Source: a virus
Lineage: Duplodnaviria > Heunggongvirae > Uroviricota > Caudoviricetes
Virus record (IMG/VR): IMGVR_UViG_3300017650_000009
Reading direction: 5' to 3' (one strand)
Length of the DNA: 64,000 nucleotides
Position numbers and translations under genes: made by a program. Shown in pieces: positions 28,347-37,468 of the stretch. Numbering within the stretch: position 1 is the stretch's first letter; the number at the start of each line of letters is the position of its first letter. The notes beneath the pieces are model-generated. The model was not told the DNA's origin. It ran no database searches and saw only the letters and a program-made list of their open reading frames with translations.

Positions 28347-28717
28347 GTTCTCAACGGAGTAATCCTGAACCCATAACATTATCGAGCGTTGACTGGGTGG
28401 CTTAACTGTAGCGTAAGGGTAGGTGAGGTCTAGTAAACCTCAGTTCGATATGGTATCGAGAATTAACTCGATGTAAGAGACGGCAAAGCGTAAGTTTTGC
28501 GAATTACAGGAACTTCGGTTCCAAAAAGATATTGTTCCAGGAAGGTAATTCCCTGGCGGCCCGGTTACATATGAATACGGGTGTAAGTACGGAGAACCTT
28601 CCAATCGGGGTTCTCAAGAAACGAAAGAGCAGTGAGTGGGGACACTCACAGGGCGAAGACTGGCTCTACAATATCTCAATCCAAACAAACCTAGCTTCTT
28701 CGGGAGCTAGGTTTTTT
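28347..28717 (+). ncRNA. candidate large structured noncoding RNA (~370 nt), family unknown
   Basis: own promoter and terminator, no credible ORF, multiple GNRA/UUCG-capped hairpins, 9-bp long-range helix 28527-28535/28668-28676. Confidence 0.7.
28687..28717 (+). terminator. intrinsic terminator ending the candidate ncRNA
   Basis: AAACCTAGCTTC-TTCG-GGAGCTAGGTTT-TTT. Confidence 0.85.
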
Positions 28718-28790
28718 ATTTCAAAAATATATTGATTTAAGGTTTCCTAAACAATATGTTAGCTAAAGTAAAAACAAACAGGATTAGTAA

Positions 28791-29363
28791 ATGAGTTCAA
28801 CAATTCCAATGAGTTCCATCAAGCTGCGACTCAGCGTTAGTGCTAGTGTTCCAGCAAATATGGTGGTTTTTGGCTTTAGCGTGAAGCAAGCCATTTTGAA
28901 TGAATATCAGAATACTGATCAGGAAGTCCTTACAAGGGCAGCATCAATTCTGCCTGGTGATATTTCGATTGTATCACGTTCGGAAGGAACATCTGTAGTT
29001 GGCATCCCAGTTATGTCATATCGAGTTGAATCGATCGTTGATGTATCCGATGATAACGGTCGTGCACCATCAGTAGAAGAGTTCAATAGTCCGGGATTGA
29101 TTTTCAACTTTGTTGATAAGCGAATTGTTCGTGATATCGAACAAGTTGAACAAACAATCGAACAGCTTCGTTCAGAAATTCTTAATAAAGCAAATGCTGA
29201 ATTGACACGGCTTAATGCGAATAAAAAGGAAAACGACGAAGCGTGGGTTATCGGAGAAATTGACTTCTCTGGGTCCCTTGGTATTACGGATATTGGTAAT
29301 TCTACTGAAATCGTACTCACGCCAAATGTTACACTGGTCAGAAAAATTTATCCACGTTTGTAA
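28791..29363 (+). CDS. hypothetical protein
   Basis: 190-aa ORF, AGGA RBS. Confidence 0.7.
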   Translation: MSSTIPMSSIKLRLSVSASVPANMVVFGFSVKQAILNEYQNTDQEVLTRAASILPGDISIVSRSEGTSVVGIPVMSYRVESIVDVSDDNGRAPSVEEFNSPGLIFNFVDKRIVRDIEQVEQTIEQLRSEILNKANAELTRLNANKKENDEAWVIGEIDFSGSLGITDIGNSTEIVLTPNVTLVRKIYPRL

Positions 29364-29407
29364 TTAAATGTTTGACTTTGTTGTGTTATTCAGTTAGTCT
29401 GAGGAAG

Positions 29408-29677
29408 ATGACAAAGGAAAAAGAAACGTTTTATGAGGAGTGCGGTAAGATATTAGGTATGAATCACGATTATGTCGTGCCATACGCTGCATTAAATCGG
29501 CCAAATAGATGGAACAATAGAACACCAGGGAACGGGCGTTTTCCTGGTATCGGATGCATACACATGTATGGAGAACGTTGCATCCATGTTATGCTCTTAA
29601 CACCAGTTAAGATAAACAAGCATTTCAAATCTAAGGAAGAAGTACTGGGCTATTTGAGATCGATTACCGGAAAATGA
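29408..29677 (+). CDS. conserved phage hypothetical protein
   Basis: FYEECGKILG...NRWNNR.PGNGRFPG.G; GAGGAAG RBS before ATG at 29408. Confidence 0.7.
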   Translation: MTKEKETFYEECGKILGMNHDYVVPYAALNRPNRWNNRTPGNGRFPGIGCIHMYGERCIHVMLLTPVKINKHFKSKEEVLGYLRSITGK

Positions 29678-29787
29678 CACATTTTTAATTAAACGGGACA
29701 CCAATGGGTCCGGGGATCGTTAAAAGCATTGAGTGAACCGCAGTGGGCAGACACTGTTTTAAGAAAATACATAAATTAAATTATTTT

Positions 29788-29862
29788 AGACTTGCCCGAA
29801 AGGGTCGAGAGGAATATATTTTCCTCTCGGATCGAAGATTTGCCCCAAAAGGGCCGGATGAG
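29788..29862 (+). promoter_or_regulatory. structured leader (or Y-like RNA) upstream of Ro60
   Basis: two related bulged-C hairpins flanking an 8-bp CGAGAGGA/TCCTCTCG stem, ending just before the AAGGAG RBS. Confidence 0.5.
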
Positions 29863-29876
29863 AAGGAGACTTAAAC

Positions 29877-31538
29877 ATGACAAACCAACGACAGGTAATT
29901 GCGGGGCGGGAAACAGATATGGTTCTGAATAACGCTGGTGGTTATACCTTTAAGGTATCCGATTGGGATCGACTAGATCGATTCCTAGTATTGGGAACCG
30001 AAGGTAACACCTATTACCAATCTGGTGCGGCACTTGCTCGTGAAAACGCGCAACATGTGATCTCCCTACTTCGTACGGATCCTGAGAAGGTGATTGAGCG
30101 TGTCGTTGAGATCAGCCAAGCTGGTCGTGCTCCAAAAAACGATTACGCGCTCTTTGTTCTTGCCCTTGCTGCTTCCGACAGCGCGCCAGCAACACGTCAG
30201 CTGGCTCTCGAGGTCCTACCAAAGGTAGCCCGCACGGGTACTCATCTGTTTAATTTCGTTGCATATGCGGAACAATTCCGTGGCTGGGGCCGCGCGTTTC
30301 GCCGTGCAATTGGAAACTGGTACACATCTCGAGATGTGCATTCACTAGCTTATCAGGCTGTGAAGTACCAGTCGCGTGATGGTTGGTCGAATCGAGATCT
30401 GATACGACTGAGCCACCCAACCGCAAAGGACGATTCGTTCGATGCAGTTTTCCGTTGGATGGTTTCGGGAGTCGATGGTCTAAAGGCCGGCAATCACGTT
30501 CGTGGCCCGAGAGGCTCTGAAGTAAAGACTTCACGCAAGGATGTAAGTGGTGATCTTCCATTGATAATCCAGGCTTTTGAGGAAGCAAAAACAGCAAGCG
30601 AACAGCGTGTGATTGAACTAATCATGTCAAGTAACTTGCCTCGTGAAGCAATTCCAACAAACCTGCTGACATCAGCAAAGGTGTGGGAAGCTTTATTGCA
30701 GAAGATGCCTATGACGGCCCTAGTGCGCAACTTGGCGACTATGACCCGTGTTGGTCTTTTGACTAACGGCTCAAACGCCGAGAAGCAAATTCTGGATAAA
30801 CTTTCTGATGATGATGCAATTCGAAATGCTAGATTGCATCCTATGAATATCCTTATGGCACTGAAGACGTACGACGCAGGTCGTGGTGTAATGGGAACAA
30901 ATTCATGGACTCCTAACCGCAACATCGTAGATGCACTGGATGATGCATTCTACAAGAGTTTCAAACATGTCACACCGACAGGTAAAAAGACTCTGCTTGC
31001 GCTGGACGTATCAGGAAGTATGAACTTCCAGAACATCTCCGGACTCGTAGGAATAACGCCGCGTGTAGCAAGTGCTGCAATGGCTCTAATCACTGCAAAT
31101 GTTGAACCCGATCATACGATGATTGGTTTCACAAGCGGTGGTTGGCAGGCTTCGGGTAGCAATCGCTATCATGGATCTTCGGTTCGCGAAATAGAAATTG
31201 ATCCTAAGGCAAAACTTCTTGATGTGATTAAGCAAGTGAGTGAATTGCCATTCTCCTCAACAGACTGTGCGCTGCCGATGCTTTGGGCATCCGCGCATGG
31301 TGGAGAATACGAAAACTTCTCAGTCTATACGGATAACGAAACTTACTATGGTGCCGTTCATCCATCTACAGCACTGAAGCAGTATCGTCTGGATCATAAT
31401 ATTCCGGCAAAGCTTGCTGTCTTTGGAATGACTGCTACGAAGTTCTCTATTGCTGATCCCGCAGACAGTGGTATGATGGACTTTGCAGGATTCGATAGCG
31501 CAGCACCGGAACTAGCTTCGCAGTTTTTCTCCAAGTAA
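29877..31538 (+). CDS. rsr: Ro60/Rsr TROVE + vWA RNA-binding protein
   Basis: LDRFLVLGTEG.TYY, APKND.ALF.LA, RTGTHLF.F, GWGR..RRA...WY, KYQSRDGW..RDL.RLSHP, MPMTALVRNL..M, MIDAS DVSGSM, TDC..PM, YTDNET. Confidence 0.95.
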   Translation: MTNQRQVIAGRETDMVLNNAGGYTFKVSDWDRLDRFLVLGTEGNTYYQSGAALARENAQHVISLLRTDPEKVIERVVEISQAGRAPKNDYALFVLALAASDSAPATRQLALEVLPKVARTGTHLFNFVAYAEQFRGWGRAFRRAIGNWYTSRDVHSLAYQAVKYQSRDGWSNRDLIRLSHPTAKDDSFDAVFRWMVSGVDGLKAGNHVRGPRGSEVKTSRKDVSGDLPLIIQAFEEAKTASEQRVIELIMSSNLPREAIPTNLLTSAKVWEALLQKMPMTALVRNLATMTRVGLLTNGSNAEKQILDKLSDDDAIRNARLHPMNILMALKTYDAGRGVMGTNSWTPNRNIVDALDDAFYKSFKHVTPTGKKTLLALDVSGSMNFQNISGLVGITPRVASAAMALITANVEPDHTMIGFTSGGWQASGSNRYHGSSVREIEIDPKAKLLDVIKQVSELPFSSTDCALPMLWASAHGGEYENFSVYTDNETYYGAVHPSTALKQYRLDHNIPAKLAVFGMTATKFSIADPADSGMMDFAGFDSAAPELASQFFSK

Positions 31539-31557
31539 ACGAGCGCACACCAAACCA

Positions 31558-31590
31558 GAGGGCGGGGATTGATTCACCCGCCCTCTTTCT
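31558..31590 (+). terminator. intrinsic terminator
   Basis: GAGGGCGGG-loop-CCCGCCCTC-TTT. Confidence 0.75.
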
Positions 31591-31640
31591 ATGAGTGGTT
31601 ATTGGTTAACCGCGCACATAACTTTTTTGAGCTCTTTTGG

Positions 31641-31646
31641 TAAATA
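31641..31646 (+). promoter_or_regulatory. late promoter core TAAATA (tail tube)
   Basis: upstream of 31675. Confidence 0.55.
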
Positions 31647-31674
31647 TCTGAAATGTTTCTAAAAGGAGACTCAT

Positions 31675-32259
31675 ATGGCAGAAACCCTTTCTAAATTTGG
31701 CGTTCCCCTCGGTGGTGGCGCAGGTCGTGGTGGTCTTTTACAGCTAAAGTATAAGTATCGCTTCCGCGTCCGCGTTGTCAACTTTGGACCAATTGCTGGT
31801 GGTATTGAATTGACCCAGCAGGTTCAGAGTGTTGGGAAACCATCTATCTCGCAGGCTCCGCAAGAGGTCCACTCATATAACTCCACCGGGTACTACCCAG
31901 GTAAGCATGAGTGGCAGTCAGTTCAGCTTGTATGTAAGGATGACATCACGAACAGCGTAAGCCGTCTCGTTGGTCACCAGATGCAGAAGCAGTTGAACCA
32001 CTTTGAACAGACTGGTTTTACTGCTGGTATCAACTTCAAGTTCGTAATGATGATCGAAATCATGGACGGTGGTAACGACGGCGTTCTCGAAACTTGGACC
32101 CTTGAGGGTTGCTTCCTAGAGAATGTTGATTACTCTGAACTAGCTTACGACGATAGCGGGTTCCAGACAATTACAATGACAATTCGTTACGATAACGCAA
32201 CTCAGGGCGATGGTCTAATGACCAACTTGCCAGAGATGATCCCTGGTTCACGTCTATAA
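31675..32259 (+). CDS. tail tube protein (T4 gp19-like)
   Basis: KYKYRFRV, LTQQV.SV.KP, YN...Y.PGKHEW, DD.T, E.W.LEGCF, I..TIRYDNA. Confidence 0.88.
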   Translation: MAETLSKFGVPLGGGAGRGGLLQLKYKYRFRVRVVNFGPIAGGIELTQQVQSVGKPSISQAPQEVHSYNSTGYYPGKHEWQSVQLVCKDDITNSVSRLVGHQMQKQLNHFEQTGFTAGINFKFVMMIEIMDGGNDGVLETWTLEGCFLENVDYSELAYDDSGFQTITMTIRYDNATQGDGLMTNLPEMIPGSRL

Positions 32260-32271
32260 GAGGTATCCTCT

Positions 32272-33279
32272 ATGGCTATTATGCTTAGGGATAGTCGAAC
32301 TGCAAGCCATAATTTCCGTCTCAACAATAATAGTTGGGACGGAATTCCAAAGCCGAAGTTTCTCTATTACGTGCGATTTCTTCGCTCTAATCCAGGATCC
32401 ACAAATAATGGTTCATCTGAGGGAGACTGGGCCAAGGGTATTGGAATTCTTGCAAAGAGTATCGATCGTCCAAAAATCCAATTTGATACAGATGTTGTAA
32501 ATCAATACAACAAGAAACGCATCATTCAGAAGCGTGTCGAATACGAACCAATTGGATTTACATTCCATGACACTGTTGATAACCGAGTATTCCACATGTT
32601 CGAGGACTACTTCCGTTATTATTATGGTGATCCGCGTAATACTAGCGCAGCCGATTGGTCATGGGATATCACAGCTCAACAAATGCAAACTGGTCAAGCC
32701 GGGGCATGGGGGTTCATCCCACCTATCGACGGAACCAACAATACGTATTTCTTTTCCCACATAGAATTCTATTACATCTATGGGGGTAAGTATTCTCGTT
32801 ATGATATTGTTAACCCTAAAATCAAGAGCTTCCGACCATCAAGTATGGAATACGAAAGCAATAGTGGTGCAGAAATTCAAATGGACTTCGAGTATGAAGG
32901 CATTGTGTACCAGGGTAACAATTTTGATCTTGCAAGTCAATCCGGACTACTAACGGAGATGGGACTTGCAAGTAGTGGGTTCTATGAACCACGCACCAAT
33001 AGTGGCACTGTCATTATGGAAAGCAGTTCATATAATTCTCGTTTAGGCGAAGATCCATACTTCTTTGGTGGTGATTTGTTTGGAACAGATTTGCTTAACC
33101 AAGCAACAGGATCCACAAGTAGTACCAGATCATCTGTAGTTATTGAACAGAACTCATCCTTCAACAGTGTTGTTACTGGCTACCTAAGTCGCGAAACACA
33201 AGGAACGACCGATGAGACTTTCGGTGGACCAACCATCGGAGATAACATTGCGAAACGCATGGTTAAAGGAATGAAGTAA
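32272..33279 (+). CDS. tube-fold baseplate protein (gp48/gp54-like)
   Basis: PK.KFLYYV.F, KSIDRPK..FDT..VNQYNKKR..Q.RV.YEPI..TFHDT. Confidence 0.7.
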   Translation: MAIMLRDSRTASHNFRLNNNSWDGIPKPKFLYYVRFLRSNPGSTNNGSSEGDWAKGIGILAKSIDRPKIQFDTDVVNQYNKKRIIQKRVEYEPIGFTFHDTVDNRVFHMFEDYFRYYYGDPRNTSAADWSWDITAQQMQTGQAGAWGFIPPIDGTNNTYFFSHIEFYYIYGGKYSRYDIVNPKIKSFRPSSMEYESNSGAEIQMDFEYEGIVYQGNNFDLASQSGLLTEMGLASSGFYEPRTNSGTVIMESSSYNSRLGEDPYFFGGDLFGTDLLNQATGSTSSTRSSVVIEQNSSFNSVVTGYLSRETQGTTDETFGGPTIGDNIAKRMVKGMK

Positions 33280-33725
33280 TGGCAAAATATCATCAGGACG
33301 TATTCAACCCAAAACATCCTAGCAAATATGTCGGTACCTTTCCAATTGTGTATCGTAGTGCATGGGAACTAACGTTCATGAACGTATGTGACCAGCACCC
33401 ATCTATTATTCAGTGGGCGTCTGAGAGTATCCAAATTCCGTATCAGCATCCAGTTACAGGGAAATGGCATCGATATATTCCTGATTTTCTCGTCTTGTAT
33501 GAGGATAAGAATGGTAAACGTCATGGCGAACTCATAGAGATTAAGCCGATGAGTCAAACAATTGTTGAAGCTGCTCGTACTCGTAAGGATAAAGAAGCAG
33601 TTCTGATTAATACTGCAAAATGGCAGGCAGCTGAAAAATTTTGCGCTTCAAAGCAATTGAAATTCCGCATCATGACCGAGTATGACTTGTACCAGAAAGC
33701 ACCGCGAGGCAGCCCACGTAGATAA
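33279..33725 (+). CDS. head completion nuclease (T4 gp4-like, TnsA fold)
   Basis: F.PK.P.KYVG....VYRS.WE..FM..CD, WASE...IPY, RY.PDF, IEIKP. Confidence 0.9.
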   Translation: MAKYHQDVFNPKHPSKYVGTFPIVYRSAWELTFMNVCDQHPSIIQWASESIQIPYQHPVTGKWHRYIPDFLVLYEDKNGKRHGELIEIKPMSQTIVEAARTRKDKEAVLINTAKWQAAEKFCASKQLKFRIMTEYDLYQKAPRGSPRR

Positions 33726-33762
33726 TAAATAACATGCAATTTAATGTTATTGTGGGTTTAAT

Positions 33763-34272
33763 ATGACAAAGAAAATTGAGGAAACTCTTAATCTGCCTAG
33801 CCTAGAAGAAATTCTAGGTGATGATGCTGTTAGTCCAGAGACCGAGGAAATGCTCGATCAAATCGCTAATGGTTTGGCTTACTCGGATAATGAAGTAGAG
33901 CGCTCCCTTATTGATCCTGATGGTTCTCGAGAACATGCACAGGAAATGGATGAGATCCATAATACTGCAATGCGAGCCCACAAAGACCTCCTAGATATGG
34001 CCTTTAACATGGAGCCTAAGAATGCAGGCTCCATTATTGAACCAGCCGCCCGTATGCTGGAAATCGCGTTAAAGGCATCCCAAAATAAAACCGACGCCCG
34101 AATGAAGTCCATTAAGTTGAAAATGGATAAAGAGAAACACGATAACGATTTGAAGAAAAATCAAACCGAAGGTGTAATCGAGGGTGAGGTTCCCGTTCAA
34201 TCCGAATCCGGATATATGGCAGATCGAAATGCTGTTTTGAAAGCTCTTAAAGAGAAACAAAGCAAGCCTTAA
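33763..34272 (+). CDS. helical protein, possible terminase small subunit
   Basis: helical/coiled-coil pattern next to gp4, late promoter at 33726; assignment tentative. Confidence 0.4.
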   Translation: MTKKIEETLNLPSLEEILGDDAVSPETEEMLDQIANGLAYSDNEVERSLIDPDGSREHAQEMDEIHNTAMRAHKDLLDMAFNMEPKNAGSIIEPAARMLEIALKASQNKTDARMKSIKLKMDKEKHDNDLKKNQTEGVIEGEVPVQSESGYMADRNAVLKALKEKQSKP

Positions 34273-34461
34273 CACCTCTGAAAAAATAAGATTAATCAAT
34301 AACATGCTTGGGCGTGTCAATATAATTTGTCTGAATTTTTGCTGATAAAATAATTGAATATTTCTTCCAAAACCTAGTAAAGTACACAAATAACGGTACA
34401 TCACCGGACTAAATATTCTACCTTTAGAACATAATAATAAGAAGACGAGAAAGAGAAGAAT

Positions 34462-35436
34462 ATGCTTTTCGAAGAACAAATCGCGCGTAAGCCGAACCTC
34501 TACCCATGGACTCAGACATTCATCGATAAAATTTGGGCTGGTTTCTGGACCCCAAATGAATTTGATTTCAAGTCCGATTATCATCAGTTTAAGAAAGAAA
34601 TGCCCGAAGAAGAAAAGCGTATCATCGTTAAGACTCTTTCTGCGATCGGACAGGTTGAAATCGCTGTAAAGCGTTTCTGGGCTAACCTAGGTGATAACTT
34701 GCCACACCCATCCATGTATGATTTGGGTTACGCAATGGCAAATACAGAAGTAATTCACAACCAGGCATATGAGAAGCTCCTGGATGTTCTTAAGCTTGGT
34801 AAAGCTTTTGAAGAAAATCTCAACGAACCAGTAGTTAAGGGTCGCGTTGAATATCTCCGCAAATATTTGAATAAGGTATATGGTGAAGATCATCGTAAGC
34901 AGTACATTTACTCGATTATCCTATTCACATTGTTTGTTGAAAATGTAAGCTTGTTCAGCCAGTTCTACAATGTATTGTGGTTTAACCGTGCTCGTAACCA
35001 GCTCAAGGATACTGCTCAGCAGGTCCAGTACACGCGCAATGAAGAAATGATCCATGCACTCGTAGGCATTAAGATCATCAATACTTTGCGTGAAGAATAC
35101 CCTGAACTTTTCGACGAAGATATGAAGGCTCGTATCCTTGAGGAATGTGAAGTGGCATTCGGCGCTGAAAGCCAGCTCATCGATTGGATGATTGGCGATT
35201 TTAAGGATGAAGGCATTTCGGCTGAAATTCTTAAGGAATTCATCAAGGACCGTATCAACCAGTCGTTGGAACAAATCGGTTACGGCTCGCATTTTGAAAT
35301 TGATCAGGACCTCATTGCGCAGACAACCTGGTTCAATGAAGAATTGCTCGGCAACAATATGACAGACTTCTTCTCGAAGCGTCCAGTGGAATACAGCAAG
35401 AAGTTCCGCGTATTTGACGAAGACAGTCTATTTTAA
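34462..35436 (+). CDS. nrdB: ribonucleotide reductase class Ia beta subunit
   Basis: FW.PNEF, EVIH..AY, ENVSLFSQF, EEMIH. Confidence 0.95.
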   Translation: MLFEEQIARKPNLYPWTQTFIDKIWAGFWTPNEFDFKSDYHQFKKEMPEEEKRIIVKTLSAIGQVEIAVKRFWANLGDNLPHPSMYDLGYAMANTEVIHNQAYEKLLDVLKLGKAFEENLNEPVVKGRVEYLRKYLNKVYGEDHRKQYIYSIILFTLFVENVSLFSQFYNVLWFNRARNQLKDTAQQVQYTRNEEMIHALVGIKIINTLREEYPELFDEDMKARILEECEVAFGAESQLIDWMIGDFKDEGISAEILKEFIKDRINQSLEQIGYGSHFEIDQDLIAQTTWFNEELLGNNMTDFFSKRPVEYSKKFRVFDEDSLF

Positions 35437-35470
35437 TCCACACAATTTAATTAATTCGTTCGTTTGAAAG

Positions 35471-37135
35471 ATGGGTATATACATGAATTACGAAAAAGGT
35501 TACTGGCTCAATAAGGACTCTCGCACTTATTTGAGTCGTGGCTATTTGAAGGAAGATCAGACTGCGGAAGACCGCATTCGTGAAATTTCCGAAGCTGCCG
35601 AATCCTATTTGGGTATTAAGGGGTTTGCCGAAGAATTTGAAGACTACATGCTTCGTGGTTGGATCTCTTTGAGTTCACCAGTTTGGGCTAACTTTGGCGC
35701 AGGCCGTGGTCTCCCGATTGCTTGTAACGGTAGCTATATCGACGACAACATGGATTCGATCTTGGGTAAGACTGCTGAAATCGGAAAGATGACACAGCTT
35801 GGTGCTGGAACATCTGCGTATTACGGTGCACTTCGTCCACGCGGTTCTATCATCTCCAGTGGTGGTAATGCAGATGGGCCAGTCCATTATATGGATCTCG
35901 TTGCGACGACTTCAAATGTTGTGAGCCAGTCTAGTGTTCGTCGTGGTCATTGCGCATTCTACTTGCCAATTGAACATCCTGACATTAAGGAATTCCTCAC
36001 GATTCGCGAAGAAGGTCACTCCATTCAGAACATGTCTATCGGTGTAACAATTTCCGATGCATGGATGGAAGCTATGATTGAAGGTGATAAGGAAAAGCGT
36101 AAGCTTTGGTCACGTATCATTCAGAAGCGTTTTGAATCTGGTTACCCATATTTGTTCTTCACGGACACAGTAAACCGTGGTGCTCCTGATGTCTACAAGG
36201 ACAAGGGCATGAAGATCTACGCATCGAATATGTGTGTGGAAATTGCATTGCCGTCGTCTGCGGATGAGTCGTTCGTATGTTGTTTGGCTTCTCTTAACTT
36301 GCTTCACTATGATGATTGGAAAGACACTGGTGTAGCTCGTGCACTTACACGTTTCCTTGATGCTGTTATGAGCGAATACATCGTGAAGACCGAAGGTGTT
36401 CCGTTTATGCAGGACGCACGTAAGTTTGCAATCCGTCATCGTGCTATCGGTGTTGGCGTATTAGGTTGGCACTCATATTTGCAGAGCAAGATGATTCCGT
36501 TCGAATCACAGGAAGCAAAAGACCTAAATGTGTCTATCCACAAGGACATTTTTGAGAAGTGTTTTGCTGCATCTGAAGAGCTAGCCGAGATTCTCGGTGA
36601 ACCAGAACTTCTTAAGGGTTATGGACGTCGTAACACAACTGTTATGGCAATTGCTCCAACAACTTCTAGCTCGTTCATCTTGGGCCAGGTTTCTCCAAGT
36701 ATTGAGCCTCTAAACTCTAACTACTTCACAAAGGATCTTCAGAAAGGCAAATTCGGTTATAAGAATCCGCATTTGAAGGAACTTCTTAAGACTTATCACA
36801 AAGATACCAAGGAAGTTTGGGACGACATTTTGATCCGTGGTGGTTCAGTTCAGCATTTGGACTTCCTCTCTGACGCAGAGAAGGCAGTATTCAAGACATT
36901 CGGTGAAATTGCGCAGATTGAGATTATCATTCAGGCCGCAGCACGTCAGAAGTATTTGGATCAGGGTCAGTCTTTGAATCTCATGATTCATCCTGACGCA
37001 CCACTCAAGGACGTTAACTTGATCATGATTGAAGCTTGGAAGCAGGGCGTCAAGACGCTTTACTACCAACGTTCAACTAACCCATCCCAGGAACTAGCGC
37101 GTGAGCTACTCTCCTGCAAATCTTGTGAAGCATAA
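35471..37135 (+). CDS. nrdA: ribonucleotide reductase class Ia alpha subunit (no ATP cone)
   Basis: SSPVWAN, IACN, SNMCVEI, CCLASLN, APTTSS, TLYY, C-terminal CKSC; start may be 35483. Confidence 0.95.
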   Translation: MGIYMNYEKGYWLNKDSRTYLSRGYLKEDQTAEDRIREISEAAESYLGIKGFAEEFEDYMLRGWISLSSPVWANFGAGRGLPIACNGSYIDDNMDSILGKTAEIGKMTQLGAGTSAYYGALRPRGSIISSGGNADGPVHYMDLVATTSNVVSQSSVRRGHCAFYLPIEHPDIKEFLTIREEGHSIQNMSIGVTISDAWMEAMIEGDKEKRKLWSRIIQKRFESGYPYLFFTDTVNRGAPDVYKDKGMKIYASNMCVEIALPSSADESFVCCLASLNLLHYDDWKDTGVARALTRFLDAVMSEYIVKTEGVPFMQDARKFAIRHRAIGVGVLGWHSYLQSKMIPFESQEAKDLNVSIHKDIFEKCFAASEELAEILGEPELLKGYGRRNTTVMAIAPTTSSSFILGQVSPSIEPLNSNYFTKDLQKGKFGYKNPHLKELLKTYHKDTKEVWDDILIRGGSVQHLDFLSDAEKAVFKTFGEIAQIEIIIQAAARQKYLDQGQSLNLMIHPDAPLKDVNLIMIEAWKQGVKTLYYQRSTNPSQELARELLSCKSCEA

Positions 37136-37150
37136 AAGGAGCAAAAACAG

Positions 37151-37372
37151 ATGTACACGATTTATGGCAAAGCAGAATGCGGTTACTGCAAGCGCGCTAA
37201 GGATCTCCTCGATATTCTCGGGGAGGATTATGAATATCTCGATATTGGAAATGTTGAGATTCATGAAGCAATGAATACACGTTTGGGTTACGAGGCCCGA
37301 ACTGTACCACAGATTTGGGAAAACGACACTCATATCGGTGGATTTACTGAGCTTTCCGCTCATACAAAGTAA
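37151..37372 (+). CDS. glutaredoxin
   Basis: CGYC active site, TVPQI, HIGGF. Confidence 0.9.
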   Translation: MYTIYGKAECGYCKRAKDLLDILGEDYEYLDIGNVEIHEAMNTRLGYEARTVPQIWENDTHIGGFTELSAHTK

Positions 37373-37399
37373 GAAATACCCATCTTGCACGAACGCTTT

Positions 37400-37425
37400 G
37401 GGGAGTCCTTGTGGCTCCCCTTTGT
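37400..37425 (+). terminator. intrinsic terminator
   Basis: GGGGAG-loop-CTCCCC-TTT. Confidence 0.65.
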
Positions 37426-37434
37426 TGTTTCTAC

Positions 37435-37440
37435 TAAATA
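37435..37440 (+). promoter_or_regulatory. late promoter core TAAATA
   Basis: upstream of 37469. Confidence 0.5.
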
Positions 37441-37468
37441 CAACAAACCCATTTAGTGAGGTAATAAG

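Noticed and set aside
28347-28717. RNase P, tmRNA, tRNA or group I intron identity for the ncRNA
   Set aside because: It has no GAGGAAAGUCC/P4 motif, no tRNA-like ends or T-loop, and no host exon. AAGATATTGTTCC resembles the group I S element, but it pairs perfectly elsewhere and the P/Q elements are missing.
28532-28735. 67-aa ORF inside the ncRNA region
   Set aside because: It has a TTG start, no RBS, runs through the terminator and has no recognisable motifs.
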